A DNA stretch of 64,000 bases, taken from contig OZ255836.1 in the NCBI GenBank assembly GCA_965277715.1, positions 3,520,001-3,584,000 on the forward strand, given 5' to 3'. This document shows, one piece after another, positions 1 through 9,251 of this stretch (position 1 is its first letter; every line of letters starts with the position of its first letter). The DNA is from Gammaproteobacteria bacterium (GTDB lineage Bacteria > Pseudomonadota > Gammaproteobacteria > JBCCGL01). The notes under the pieces are model-generated. The model saw only the letters and a program-made list of their open reading frames with translations. It did not search any database and was not told where the DNA came from. The translations under genes were made by a program, and so were the position numbers.

Positions 1-203
1 TTCACCAGCCCATCGAGAATCTGCCGAAACTGCTGCTCATCACACCCCATCAACAGCGCATCCTCAAAGCAATCCTGTAATTGTTGGCGCAACTCCTCGT
101 GGTTTTCACGCAGCACTTTTATTTTCTCGACACACGAAATAGGCTGACCTGCCGGGTCACGCCACACGGTGGGTGTTATCGGTGTTTTTTCAGTGGTAGG
201 CAT
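1..203 (-). CDS. conserved hypothetical protein (runs off window start)
   Basis: Hand translation from ATG at 203: MPTTEKTPITPTVWRDPAGQPISCVEKIKVLRENHEELRQQLQDCFEDALLMGCDEQQFRQILDGLV..., open to the window edge; not in the ORF track. Confidence 0.7.
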   Translation of the reverse strand, partial: MPTTEKTPITPTVWRDPAGQPISCVEKIKVLRENHEELRQQLQDCFEDALLMGCDEQQFRQILDGLV

Positions 204-285
204 TTAGCAGGTATATTAGTGCAAAAGGGGTATTATCCTCAAAAATGCAGCGGGAACAAATACGCGTGATTAATTCAGGTTTAGG

Positions 286-639
286 GTGATGCTACTAAGA
301 ATAACCCACAAGCGCACAATAGCCACTGTGTTACTGCTGTTTTTTACCACAACAATACAAGCCTACCCACCCCCAACAGACCCACTGGTAAGGATTCACT
401 ACGATTTCGAGGTTGCCGGGTATTGCGGCCTGATTAGTCAAACAGTCGGTGCTGGCTTCCAGCGGCAACTGTCCGCCCTGCTGAACCAAATCAGGCCCAG
501 CCAAAAAATACACGAAAAAGCCCGTTCAGATGCCTGGCAGGCCGCTTACGAAGAATGGCAAAACCGTGGCCTGGGCGGGTTTCGCGCCTGGTGTAAAAAT
601 GAAGGGCAAGCGGTAGTGGCCCGCTTTACGCTGGAATAA
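286..639 (+). CDS. hypothetical exported protein
   Basis: 117 aa ORF with signal-peptide-like N-terminus (IQA/YP) and two Cys; fits the intergenic space. Confidence 0.65.
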   Translation: MMLLRITHKRTIATVLLLFFTTTIQAYPPPTDPLVRIHYDFEVAGYCGLISQTVGAGFQRQLSALLNQIRPSQKIHEKARSDAWQAAYEEWQNRGLGGFRAWCKNEGQAVVARFTLE

Positions 640-727
640 GCCCGCTGGACACACCCTGATACACCGAGTCAAGCAAACTGGCTTATAATTTGTTGTACCT
701 TAAAGTATTCACAGCGGGAAACTTCTT

Positions 728-2245
728 ATGACGACTATTCGCCAGGACGACTTTATCGACTCCATTGCCGATGCTTTGCAGTTTATTTCTTACTACCACC
801 CACTGGACTATATCCAGGCAGTACATGAGGCTTACCTCAGAGAAGAATCGAAGGCAGCGAAGGATGCAATGGCGCAAATCCTGATCAACTCCCGCTTATG
901 CGCTGAAGGTCATCGACCCATCTGTCAGGATACCGGCATCGTTACTGTGTTCCTGAAAATCGGTATGCGCGTGCAATGGGAGAGCACAATGAGTGTGACC
1001 GATATGGTCAATGAAGGCGTTCGCCGTGCCTACACGCACCCCGACAACCCACTGCGTGCCTCAGTACTGGCCGACCCGGCGGGCGCACGCCGAAACACGC
1101 GGGACAATACCCCCGCCGTGATCAATATGGAAGTGGTACCCGGCGATACCGTGCAGGTCGATGTCGCGGCAAAAGGCGGCGGCTCAGAGGCCAAATCCAA
1201 ATTTGTGATGCTCAACCCATCCGACAGCGTCGTCGACTGGGTAGTGAAAACTGTACCGACAATGGGCGCTGGCTGGTGTCCGCCGGGTATGCTGGGTATC
1301 GGTATTGGTGGCACCGCAGAAAAAGCCATGTTGATGGCCAAAGAGTCGCTGATGGAATCAATCGATATACAGGCCCTGCGTGAACGTGGCCCACAAACCC
1401 GTGCCGAAGCGCTGCGCCTGGAGATATTTGATGCCGTCAATCAACTCGGTATCGGTGCACAGGGGCTGGGTGGCCTAACCACTGTGGTCGACGTGAAGGT
1501 ACACGATTACCCCACGCACGCCGCCAACCTGCCGGTGGCGATGATTCCCAACTGCGCGGCGACCCGGCATACACACTTTGTACTCGACGGCAGCGGGTCT
1601 GCGCTGCAGACACCGCCCAATATCGACGACTGGCCACAAATCACCTGGGATGCCGGCCCTGATGCGCGGCGCGTTAACCTGGATACGGTAACGCGTGAGC
1701 AAATTGCCGAGTGGCAGCCGGGTGAAACAATCCTATTGTCAGGCAAGATGCTGACAGGCCGGGATGCGGCGCACAAACGTATTGCCGACTACGTCGAACG
1801 CGGCGAGGCACTGCCAAACGGTGTCGATTTCACCAATCGCTTTATTTACTATGTCGGCCCGGTAGACGCGGTACGTGATGAAGCGGTTGGCCCGGCAGGC
1901 CCCACCACCGCAACCCGCATGGATAAATTCACCGATATGATGTTAGGTCAAACCGGTTTGCTGGGCATGATAGGTAAAGCTGAGCGCGGCCCCGGCGCAA
2001 TTGAATCAATCAAACGGCACCGGGCGGTGTACCTGATGGCTGTTGGCGGTGCTGCGTATCTGGTGTCTAAAGCCATCCGGCAGGCACGGGTCATCGCCTT
2101 TGACGATCTTGGTATGGAGGCCATTCATGAGTTTGAAGTTGCCGATATGCCTGTTACAGTAGCAGTTGATAGTTGCGGCGAGTCGGTTCACCAGACTGGC
2201 CCGGCACAGTGGCAGAAAATACTCTTTGACAAACAGGCTGGCTAA
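728..2245 (+). CDS. class I (Fe-S) fumarate hydratase
   Basis: PICQDTG, KGGGSE, GWCPPG, GPTTATRMD motifs; 505 aa. Confidence 0.95.
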   Translation: MTTIRQDDFIDSIADALQFISYYHPLDYIQAVHEAYLREESKAAKDAMAQILINSRLCAEGHRPICQDTGIVTVFLKIGMRVQWESTMSVTDMVNEGVRRAYTHPDNPLRASVLADPAGARRNTRDNTPAVINMEVVPGDTVQVDVAAKGGGSEAKSKFVMLNPSDSVVDWVVKTVPTMGAGWCPPGMLGIGIGGTAEKAMLMAKESLMESIDIQALRERGPQTRAEALRLEIFDAVNQLGIGAQGLGGLTTVVDVKVHDYPTHAANLPVAMIPNCAATRHTHFVLDGSGSALQTPPNIDDWPQITWDAGPDARRVNLDTVTREQIAEWQPGETILLSGKMLTGRDAAHKRIADYVERGEALPNGVDFTNRFIYYVGPVDAVRDEAVGPAGPTTATRMDKFTDMMLGQTGLLGMIGKAERGPGAIESIKRHRAVYLMAVGGAAYLVSKAIRQARVIAFDDLGMEAIHEFEVADMPVTVAVDSCGESVHQTGPAQWQKILFDKQAG

Positions 2246-2272
2246 ACCCTGTCCACGCAAACTAAAAATAAA

Positions 2273-3775
2273 ATGTACAGGGCAAGAGCCCTGACAACGA
2301 GGACTCTAACCATGTCAATACATGCAAACCGTGGCACTGCGATGCCCGCCGTTATTATCGCACTGTTATTAGTCGCCAGCGGTACGGGATGGACACTGTA
2401 TTACAAAAACGAGCAAATACTCGATGAAATGGCGGGCAATAAAGCGATGCTGGACAAACAAATCAACGCTAATGATGCATTGCAGGCGACTATACAAACG
2501 CTCGAATCCGACAAAATCAACGCCAAAAGCCAGATTGAAACCCTGAATAATCAGGTGGCAGCACTGGACAGCCAGGTGAAGTCCCTGGAGAGCGAGGCAA
2601 GCGATAAAGCAAAATTGCAATCTGAACTTGAGCAGGCGAATAAAAATATCCAGGCGCTAACTGGTGAGCGCGACCGGGCCAAGCAGCAAATTGGGCAAAT
2701 TGCGGAGGCGTACGATAATAGCGAAACTGCATTGGCACAGCGCACCGGGGAATACGCTGAGGCACAACAGCAAATCGCTCAACTGATACAGGAAAAAGAG
2801 GAAGCGCAACGGCAGGTAGATCAGCAGGTACAGGAAAAAGAGGAAGCACAACAGCAGATAGACCAGTTGGTACAGGAGAGAGAGGCGGCGCAACAGCAAA
2901 TAGACCAGTTGGTACAGGAGAGAGAGGCGGCACAACAGCAGATAGACCAGTTGGTACGGGAGAGAGAGGCGGCACAACAGCAGATTGCCCAGTTGATGCA
3001 GGAGAAAGATGGTCTCGGCAACACATTGGCAGAGCGTACGGGCGAGTACGAGGCGGCCCGGCAACAAATTATCGCGCTTGGCGAGCAGCGCGATGAAGCC
3101 CTGGCGTCTGATAAACGCGGTCGTCAGGAGCTGGCTGAACTGGTGGTACAAATGGAGTCCAGCCAGCAGAACAGTGAAGCGTACCGCGAACAACTCGACT
3201 CGGCCCGCCGGGAACTGGACACCACCAGCGAACAGACCAGCACACTGATCAAGCGCCTACAGGCACTGAAAGCCGAACGGGAAAAAGAACAGCAGGCATT
3301 TAATCAATTGCGTGAAAAACTCAAAGAAGAGCTGGGCAAAAACAGCGTCAATATCGAACAGAAACGCAACCAGCCCACCATTATTCGTTTGCAGGGTGAT
3401 GTGTTGTTCAGCAGTGGCTCTGCACAACTGTTACCCTCGGCACAAGCGGCATTGGCCAGTATTGGCGATGTACTGCAACAATACCCGGATCGACGTATCC
3501 AGGTCGAAGGCCACACAGACAACATACCCATTGTAAGCAGCATACGTTACCCCACCAACTGGGAGCTGTCCTCGGCGCGTGCCGGTTCAGCCGTGCACTT
3601 TTTGATTGAACGCTCGAAAATTGATCCGCATCGCCTACAGGTTACCGGTCTGGGTGAATACAGCCCTATTGTCGACAATGCCACAATCGAAGGGCGTGCG
3701 CGCAACCGGCGCATTGAGATTAAGCTGTTGCCCACTGAGTTGGTTGAGGTGAATGTGGAGAGTGTGGGGGATTAG
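2273..3775 (+). CDS. MotB/OmpA-family peptidoglycan-binding protein with N-terminal membrane anchor and long coiled coil (start may be ATG 2312)
   Basis: Hydrophobic segment AVIIALLLVASG, Q/E-rich heptads, C-terminal VEGHTD, NWELSSARA and RNRRIEI motifs. Confidence 0.85.
   Translation: MYRARALTTRTLTMSIHANRGTAMPAVIIALLLVASGTGWTLYYKNEQILDEMAGNKAMLDKQINANDALQATIQTLESDKINAKSQIETLNNQVAALDSQVKSLESEASDKAKLQSELEQANKNIQALTGERDRAKQQIGQIAEAYDNSETALAQRTGEYAEAQQQIAQLIQEKEEAQRQVDQQVQEKEEAQQQIDQLVQEREAAQQQIDQLVQEREAAQQQIDQLVREREAAQQQIAQLMQEKDGLGNTLAERTGEYEAARQQIIALGEQRDEALASDKRGRQELAELVVQMESSQQNSEAYREQLDSARRELDTTSEQTSTLIKRLQALKAEREKEQQAFNQLREKLKEELGKNSVNIEQKRNQPTIIRLQGDVLFSSGSAQLLPSAQAALASIGDVLQQYPDRRIQVEGHTDNIPIVSSIRYPTNWELSSARAGSAVHFLIERSKIDPHRLQVTGLGEYSPIVDNATIEGRARNRRIEIKLLPTELVEVNVESVGD
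2759..3010 (+). repeat. 6 x 42-bp in-frame tandem repeat (14 aa, [EA]AQQQI[DA]QLVQE[KR]E)
   Basis: Units start at 2759, 2801, 2843, 2885, 2927, 2969. Confidence 0.9.
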
Positions 3776-3961
3776 TTTTTTACCAATACTAAAGTGAGAG
3801 GCTTTACCTGTGATTAAGCGCACGTTTCGGGCGGTGAATTCTCTACTGGTGCCAGTATAGATTTGATTTTAAAATGGGTTCTGTCGCTTGCCGACAGATT
3901 TTCTCGTGTATAGAACACAAACACTAACGTCTTACAGCAATAATTATTTGAGGGGAAAACT

Positions 3962-5785
3962 ATGGGTTGGCAAAATCGCGTACTTCGGGTCGATTTGAGT
4001 GCAGGCACTGCGATCAGTGAACCACTCAATCAGGAATGGGCGGACCACTACATTGGCCAACGTGGCCTGGCCAGTAAATATTTAATGGAGAATATGGACC
4101 CATCGGTCGATGCGATGAGCCCGGAGAACTGCCTTATTTTTGCCACTGGGCCGCTGACGGCAACCGCCGCCTCTACCAGCAGCCGCTATTCGGTGATTAC
4201 CAAAGGCCCGTTGACCGGCGCGATTGCCTGCTCTAACTCGGGTGGTCGCTTTGGTGCCGAGCTGAAAATTGCCGGTTACGATATGATTATTTTTCTTGGC
4301 CGGGCAGAAAAACCTGTCTATCTACACATTGAAGACGACCATGCCGAGCTATTGCCCGCTGATGATATCTGGGGCACCAGTGTCTGGAATACCGAGGGCT
4401 GGCTACGCAGGCAACACCAGGACCCACAGCTGAAAGTCGCCTCCATTGGCATTGCGGGCGAAGCCGGTGTGCGCTTTGCCTGTGTGATCAATGATTTGCA
4501 CCGTGCCGCTGGCCGCTCTGGCGTTGGTGCAGTGATGGGCAGTAAAAACCTCAAGGCGATTGCCGTGCGCGGCACTACCGGCGTCAGAGCCGCCCGCCCG
4601 CAAGCCTTTATGGATGCAGTGAAAACCACCAATGCTCGCCTGGCGATGAGTCCGGGGCGCAAGGAGTTTTCTGATTGGGGCACGCAGGCGATGATGGAAA
4701 CCATGAACACCTTTGGCGGCTTGCCCACGCGCAATTTTCAGGCAGTTCAGTTTGAAGGGGCCAGTAAAGTGGGGGCCGAGGCGATGTGGGAAACCACCCG
4801 TGACGGCCACCGCAATATGGTGCAAAACGCCGCCTGCTTTGGTTGCACCATCGCCTGTCAGCGCATCAGCAAGATCAACCCGAACCATTTCAGCGTGAAA
4901 GACCGACCGGAATACCATATTGCCGGCGGTGGCCTCGAATACGAATCCGGCTACGCCTTTGGTCCATTGGTGGGTGTCGACGATATCGACGCCTTGACCT
5001 TTGCCGGTTTCCTCACCAATGAACACAGCATGGACCCGATTTCTATGGGTGGCACATTGGCTGCGGCGATGGAGCTTTATGAGATGGGGGTGATTACCAA
5101 AGAGGATACTGACGGTGTGGCCTTAACCTTTGGTAGTGCTGAAGCGCTGACCGTCATGACGGAAAAAACCGGCAAGCACGAAGGTTTCGGCAAAATACTG
5201 GGCCTTGGTTCAAAACGCCTGTGTGAGAAATACGGTCACCCGGAGATTGCCATGCACGTTAAAGGGCAGGAATTTGCCGGTTATGATTCCCGTGCGTTAC
5301 AGGGTATGGGGCTGGGGTATGCGACCAGCAACCGGGGTGCCTGCCATATGAAACACGATTCCTTTGGCCCGGATATGAAAGACCAGACGGGCAGCGGCAA
5401 AGCAGAGCCAATCAAAAGTTCGCAGGATGAAATCGCCACCATCGACTCCACTGGCCTGTGTTGCTTCGCCGCCAGTGCGGGTTGGAGTCTCGACGATTAC
5501 CGGGTACTGCTGAACGCCGCCTGTGATAAAAACTGGAGCGAAGAGGATTTGCTGCGCATCGGCGAACGTATCTGGAATATCGAGAGGCGCTTTAATGAGC
5601 TGGCAGGTTTAACGGGTGCCGATGACACCTTACCCAAGCGCCTGTTGGAAACTCCGGCCCCCAGTGGCACGGCCAAGGGCCGGGTGAGCGAGCTGGATAA
5701 AATGAAAAAAGAATACTACCAACTGCGCGGTTGGCATACCGATGGCAGTATTCCCGAATCGCTCCTCAGTGAGTTAGGTATTTAA
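3962..5785 (+). CDS. aldehyde ferredoxin oxidoreductase family protein (tungstopterin, 4Fe-4S)
   Basis: AAGRSGVGAVMGSKNLKAIAV, CFGCTIAC, LEYE, RGACH, DDTLPKR, YYQLRGW motifs; 607 aa. Confidence 0.93.
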   Translation: MGWQNRVLRVDLSAGTAISEPLNQEWADHYIGQRGLASKYLMENMDPSVDAMSPENCLIFATGPLTATAASTSSRYSVITKGPLTGAIACSNSGGRFGAELKIAGYDMIIFLGRAEKPVYLHIEDDHAELLPADDIWGTSVWNTEGWLRRQHQDPQLKVASIGIAGEAGVRFACVINDLHRAAGRSGVGAVMGSKNLKAIAVRGTTGVRAARPQAFMDAVKTTNARLAMSPGRKEFSDWGTQAMMETMNTFGGLPTRNFQAVQFEGASKVGAEAMWETTRDGHRNMVQNAACFGCTIACQRISKINPNHFSVKDRPEYHIAGGGLEYESGYAFGPLVGVDDIDALTFAGFLTNEHSMDPISMGGTLAAAMELYEMGVITKEDTDGVALTFGSAEALTVMTEKTGKHEGFGKILGLGSKRLCEKYGHPEIAMHVKGQEFAGYDSRALQGMGLGYATSNRGACHMKHDSFGPDMKDQTGSGKAEPIKSSQDEIATIDSTGLCCFAASAGWSLDDYRVLLNAACDKNWSEEDLLRIGERIWNIERRFNELAGLTGADDTLPKRLLETPAPSGTAKGRVSELDKMKKEYYQLRGWHTDGSIPESLLSELGI

Positions 5786-5807
5786 TCCGGTTTGATGCGA
5801 GTAAGAT

Positions 5808-6068
5808 TTGATGCAGCTTAGCATTACACTCGGCGGTCACTTTAAACATACCATCGTGTCTGCTGCCGGGAAAATGCGTGCATTGCAGGCGCGTGAGGCA
5901 TTAACCGTCGCGGAGGCCATACAGCACTTTTCTATTGAAAAGCGCCAGGTTGAAGTATTGGTGACCGTCGATGGCAGGAATATACCACCGGGTGAGCGCG
6001 ATGACTTTCGGCTTGCCGATGGCAATGCATTGGTAATCTCGCCCTGGTATACGCATTTGCGCATGTAA
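5808..6068 (+). CDS. MoaD/ThiS-like ubiquitin-fold protein lacking the C-terminal GG
   Basis: Aligns by eye with the next gene (LGG, EAI, V.G.NIPP..R....L.DG) but ends ISPWYTHLRM. Confidence 0.7.
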   Translation: MMQLSITLGGHFKHTIVSAAGKMRALQAREALTVAEAIQHFSIEKRQVEVLVTVDGRNIPPGERDDFRLADGNALVISPWYTHLRM

Positions 6069-6112
6069 TCAGCTAAGGGCATGATTTATTGCCCTTGCAA
6101 CGGTGCTATAAA

Positions 6113-6364
6113 ATGAAAATAAATATAAAGCTTGGCGGGCGATTAAAGGAGTACTTACCCAAGGCAAAAAATGGCAGTGCTGAATTTACATTGCCCACGG
6201 GTAGCAAAGTGGATGAGGCGATAAAACAATTGCGCATTAGTGAAGATATTGATGAACTACTGGTGATCGTGGCGGGTGAAAATATCCCGCCCAGTCAACG
6301 CCACAACACAGTATTGGAGGATGGGCAACTGATTAATGTGATGCCGCCGTTGAAAGGTGGTTGA
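6113..6364 (+). CDS. MoaD/ThiS family sulfur carrier
   Basis: MKINIKLGG...MPPLKGG with diglycine terminus, next to AOR. Confidence 0.85.
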   Translation: MKINIKLGGRLKEYLPKAKNGSAEFTLPTGSKVDEAIKQLRISEDIDELLVIVAGENIPPSQRHNTVLEDGQLINVMPPLKGG

Positions 6365-6371
6365 TCAACAC

Positions 6372-6555
6372 GAATGAATTGCTTGAGAGCTTCCAGAGGC
6401 TCGAAACGACGGGTAGCCCGGCGGTTGAAACGCTGAGAGAGATACGCAAGAGCGAATCCAAGCGCTTAGCTGGATGAAAACCATCGTATTGGATTCCTGT
6501 GTAGCGGCTAAGACATTTATTGATGAACCGGATTCATCTGAGGCCGTGAAACTAA
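6372..6555 (+). pseudogene. remnant vapBC toxin-antitoxin pair (antitoxin C-terminal part plus PIN toxin N-terminus, truncated by a MITE)
   Basis: ...TGSPAVETLREIRKSESKRLAG* overlaps (ATGA) MKTIVLDSCVAAKTFIDEPDSSEAVKL from 6473, a typical PIN-domain N-terminus; similarity ends at the MITE. Confidence 0.6.
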
Positions 6556-6684
6556 GGAACGTGCACGAAATAACTTCCGGGGTTTGCAAATGTATCGATT
6601 TACCTTATAGCTGAGTGTGTCATTAACGCATAGCGCATTATTTAAATAACATTGTAAAAGTGGACATTGTTTTGTGTACGTTCC
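6556..6684. mobile_element. 129-bp MITE with imperfect terminal inverted repeats
   Basis: GGAACGTGCACGAAA ... TTTTGTGTACGTTCC (13/15 match), preceded by CTAA, no ORF inside. Confidence 0.65.
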
Positions 6685-6710
6685 ATATACCATTAGTTTT
6701 TATGAAAAAA

Positions 6711-6786
6711 TGGAGCTGGCGACAGGAGTCGAACCCGCGACCTGCTGATTACAAATCAGCTGCTCTACCAACTGAGCTACGCCAGC
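6711..6786 (-). tRNA. tRNA-Thr (UGU)
   Basis: GCTGGCGTAGCTCAGTTGGTAGAGCAGCTGATTTGTAATCAGCAGGTCGCGGGTTCGACTCCTGTCGCCAGCTCCA; cloverleaf, CCA encoded. Confidence 0.98.
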
Positions 6787-6953
6787 AATAACTTAATCCT
6801 GGCAGTAACGTAACCAGGGGGCGAAATTCTACGTGCTTACGCAAACCAACGCAATGCGTACAGCTTTTTCAATTTGCGCCATCTACTAAGCTGTACGAAC
6901 CCGGCGTTTTGTGCAAAATACGCACACACTGTCTTTATATAGAGAATACCCAC

Positions 6954-7370
6954 ATGGCTCACACCCGCATTCGCAAATTCAATACCGCCGATATGTATCC
7001 CGGCAAGGCTCTCAGTAACGATGTTTGTATGGCAGTGCGCGCCGGTAACCGGGTGTTTCTACGTGGCCAAACAGGCTTTGATCTGGATGGTCAGTTCCAC
7101 GGTGCGGGTGACCCCACTGCGCAAGCAGAGATGGCGATGCAATGTGTTAAAACGCTGCTGGAAGAGGCGGGTGCCAAGCTTGAGCACATTTGTAAGACGA
7201 CGATCTATATCACCGACCGGGCCTACCGGGAAGAGGTGTATACCGTGATTGGCAAATGGCTCGAAGGCATCCACCCCTGCTCAACCGGCCTGATTATCAA
7301 TGGCCTGGCATTACCGGAAATGGTGATGGAGATTGATGTCGAGGCGATTATCCCCGACGATGAATTGTAG
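6954..7370 (+). CDS. RidA/YjgF family protein
   Basis: MAHTRIRKFNT, VFLRGQTG, PCSTGL, VMEIDVEA. Confidence 0.88.
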   Translation: MAHTRIRKFNTADMYPGKALSNDVCMAVRAGNRVFLRGQTGFDLDGQFHGAGDPTAQAEMAMQCVKTLLEEAGAKLEHICKTTIYITDRAYREEVYTVIGKWLEGIHPCSTGLIINGLALPEMVMEIDVEAIIPDDEL

Positions 7371-7384
7371 CTTTAGGAACAACC

Positions 7385-8539
7385 ATGCCCCCAAAGCCCG
7401 CCCAAAGCGCTGGATTAAAACGGCTGTTGGCCACGCTGCAAAGCCTGGCCGCAAAGCCGTTGAACAAGGCGACAAGTATGCCACCTGCGGTGTATACATC
7501 TGAGGATTTCTACGCGCTGGAGCAGGAAAAGATATTTAAGCAACAGTGGCTATGCGCCGGGCTTGCCGGGTCGATCCCCAGGCAGGGCGATTATTTAAGC
7601 CACCATATCGGTGGGCAGCCTGTTGTTGTGATTCGCCAGGGTGATGGCAGTATCAAAGCCTACGCCAATGTGTGTCGGCACCGGATGATGCAATTGGTCG
7701 AAGGGCAGGGTAACTGCAAGCACCTGGTATGCCCTTATCACGCCTGGACATACGGGATCGACGGGCAATTAGTGGTTGCCCCGCATATGCAGGAGCGCCC
7801 TGGGTTTGATATAAAAAGCATCGCATTGCCGTCGATTCGCTGTGAGGTGTGGGAGGGCTGGATTTACCTGACGCTAAACCCCAAAGCAAAGTCGGTAACG
7901 ACAGCGCTTAAACCGTTGCAAAAGATCGTCGCTGACTACCGCATGGCGCACTATATACCGATTGTACAGCGCGACCACGTTTGGCAGAGTAACTGGAAAC
8001 TTCTCACTGAAAACTTTATGGAGGGTTACCATTTGCCCGTTGCCCACCGCGCCACCGTCGGCCCGCACATTGGCCTTAAGGAGACGCAATTCCCCAAGCG
8101 GTTTAATCGTGCCTTTACCTATCAACTGTATACCAAAGGTAAAAAAGCGCTGGTAGGCACCGCCCACCCGGACAATAAAATTCTCCAGGGCGAGCAGCGG
8201 CGCACCTCGGTATTGCCGACTATTTTTCCGTCGCATATGATTTCACTGGCCCCCGACCATCTGTGGTATCTCTCACTGCAGCCCAAAGGGTGCGGTCAAA
8301 TTGCCATCCGCTACGGCGCGGCAATGGCGCCGGAGGTATTGGCGGCGAGTGAAGACAAAGACCAGTTGATTGCCGAGATCAGTGGCTTTCTCGATGACGT
8401 TAACGAAGAAGACCGGTTCGTCGTGGAAGGTATTTATAAAGGGGCGCAAGCGGCTCTTTCAACGCCGGGGCCGCTGTGCTGGCTGGAGCATGAAAACCAC
8501 GACTTTACCCGTTATTTGGCGGGGCAGTTGTGCACATAA
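7385..8539 (+). CDS. Rieske non-heme iron oxygenase alpha subunit (choline monooxygenase/demethylase-like)
   Basis: Rieske CRHR...CPYH; NWKLLTENFMEGYHLPVAH iron-binding motif. Confidence 0.92.
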   Translation: MPPKPAQSAGLKRLLATLQSLAAKPLNKATSMPPAVYTSEDFYALEQEKIFKQQWLCAGLAGSIPRQGDYLSHHIGGQPVVVIRQGDGSIKAYANVCRHRMMQLVEGQGNCKHLVCPYHAWTYGIDGQLVVAPHMQERPGFDIKSIALPSIRCEVWEGWIYLTLNPKAKSVTTALKPLQKIVADYRMAHYIPIVQRDHVWQSNWKLLTENFMEGYHLPVAHRATVGPHIGLKETQFPKRFNRAFTYQLYTKGKKALVGTAHPDNKILQGEQRRTSVLPTIFPSHMISLAPDHLWYLSLQPKGCGQIAIRYGAAMAPEVLAASEDKDQLIAEISGFLDDVNEEDRFVVEGIYKGAQAALSTPGPLCWLEHENHDFTRYLAGQLCT

Positions 8540-8573
8540 TAACGACCTTAATAAACCCTACCGGAACGATACT

Positions 8574-9251
8574 ATGACATTTTCGATCACAGGCCACTGC
8601 GCCCGCACCCATATGACCGGTGTTGCCATCACTACATCGAGCATTTGTGTCGCCAGCCGCTGCCCCTGGGTACGTGCTGGTATTGGTGCTGTCGCGACGC
8701 AAAACGTCACAGACCCCAGCCTTGGCCCAAAATTACTGGACTTACTGGCAGCGGGAAAAACCCCTCAACAGGCAATTGACACCATCACCCACGACCGTGC
8801 ATTCATCCAATACCGGCAACTCACCGTGGTTGATACACTCGGCGGAGTGGCGCACTTTACCGGCAGCGAAATTCTCGGCACCAATGCCGTCGCCACGGGC
8901 AGCCACTGTATCGCGGCGGGCAATTTACTCTCGACCACCGCCGTGCCCCAGGTAATGGTCGATCAATTTGAAGCGGGTGCCGATTTGCATTTGGCTGAGC
9001 GATTACTGCTCGCCCTAAAAGCGGGCGTGGACGCAGGGGGTGAAGAAGGGCCGACGCATTCATCTGGGGTAAAAGTCGCTTATCAGAATAGCTGGCCACT
9101 GGTTGACCTGCGCGTCGATTGGAGTGACGAGGACCCGGTTAGTGCGTTAATGGACATATGGCATGCCTATCAACCACAGATGGATGATTACACCACGCGT
9201 GCAATTGATCCGAGTGCTGCGCCTAGTTATGGTGTTCCGGGGGATATATAA
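8574..9251 (+). CDS. DUF1028 (Ntn-hydrolase-like) protein
   Basis: MTFSI start, GAVATQN, AAGNLL, AGGEEG, DLRVDW motifs. Confidence 0.88.
   Translation: MTFSITGHCARTHMTGVAITTSSICVASRCPWVRAGIGAVATQNVTDPSLGPKLLDLLAAGKTPQQAIDTITHDRAFIQYRQLTVVDTLGGVAHFTGSEILGTNAVATGSHCIAAGNLLSTTAVPQVMVDQFEAGADLHLAERLLLALKAGVDAGGEEGPTHSSGVKVAYQNSWPLVDLRVDWSDEDPVSALMDIWHAYQPQMDDYTTRAIDPSAAPSYGVPGDI

Noticed and set aside
2759-3010. Possible CRISPR array
   Set aside because: Units are contiguous, in-frame coding repeats without unique spacers; no cas genes in the window.
2273-3775. Zorya defence system or flagellar stator
   Set aside because: No ZorA/MotA-like, helicase, nuclease or flagellar genes adjacent.
6365-6589. 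74-aa minus-strand ORF from the track
   Set aside because: Antisense to the vapBC remnant and MITE; the plus-strand reading explains the region better.
8370-8573. N-terminal extension of the DUF1028 ORF in the track
   Set aside because: Overlaps the Rieske gene; the family-typical MTFSI start is at 8574.
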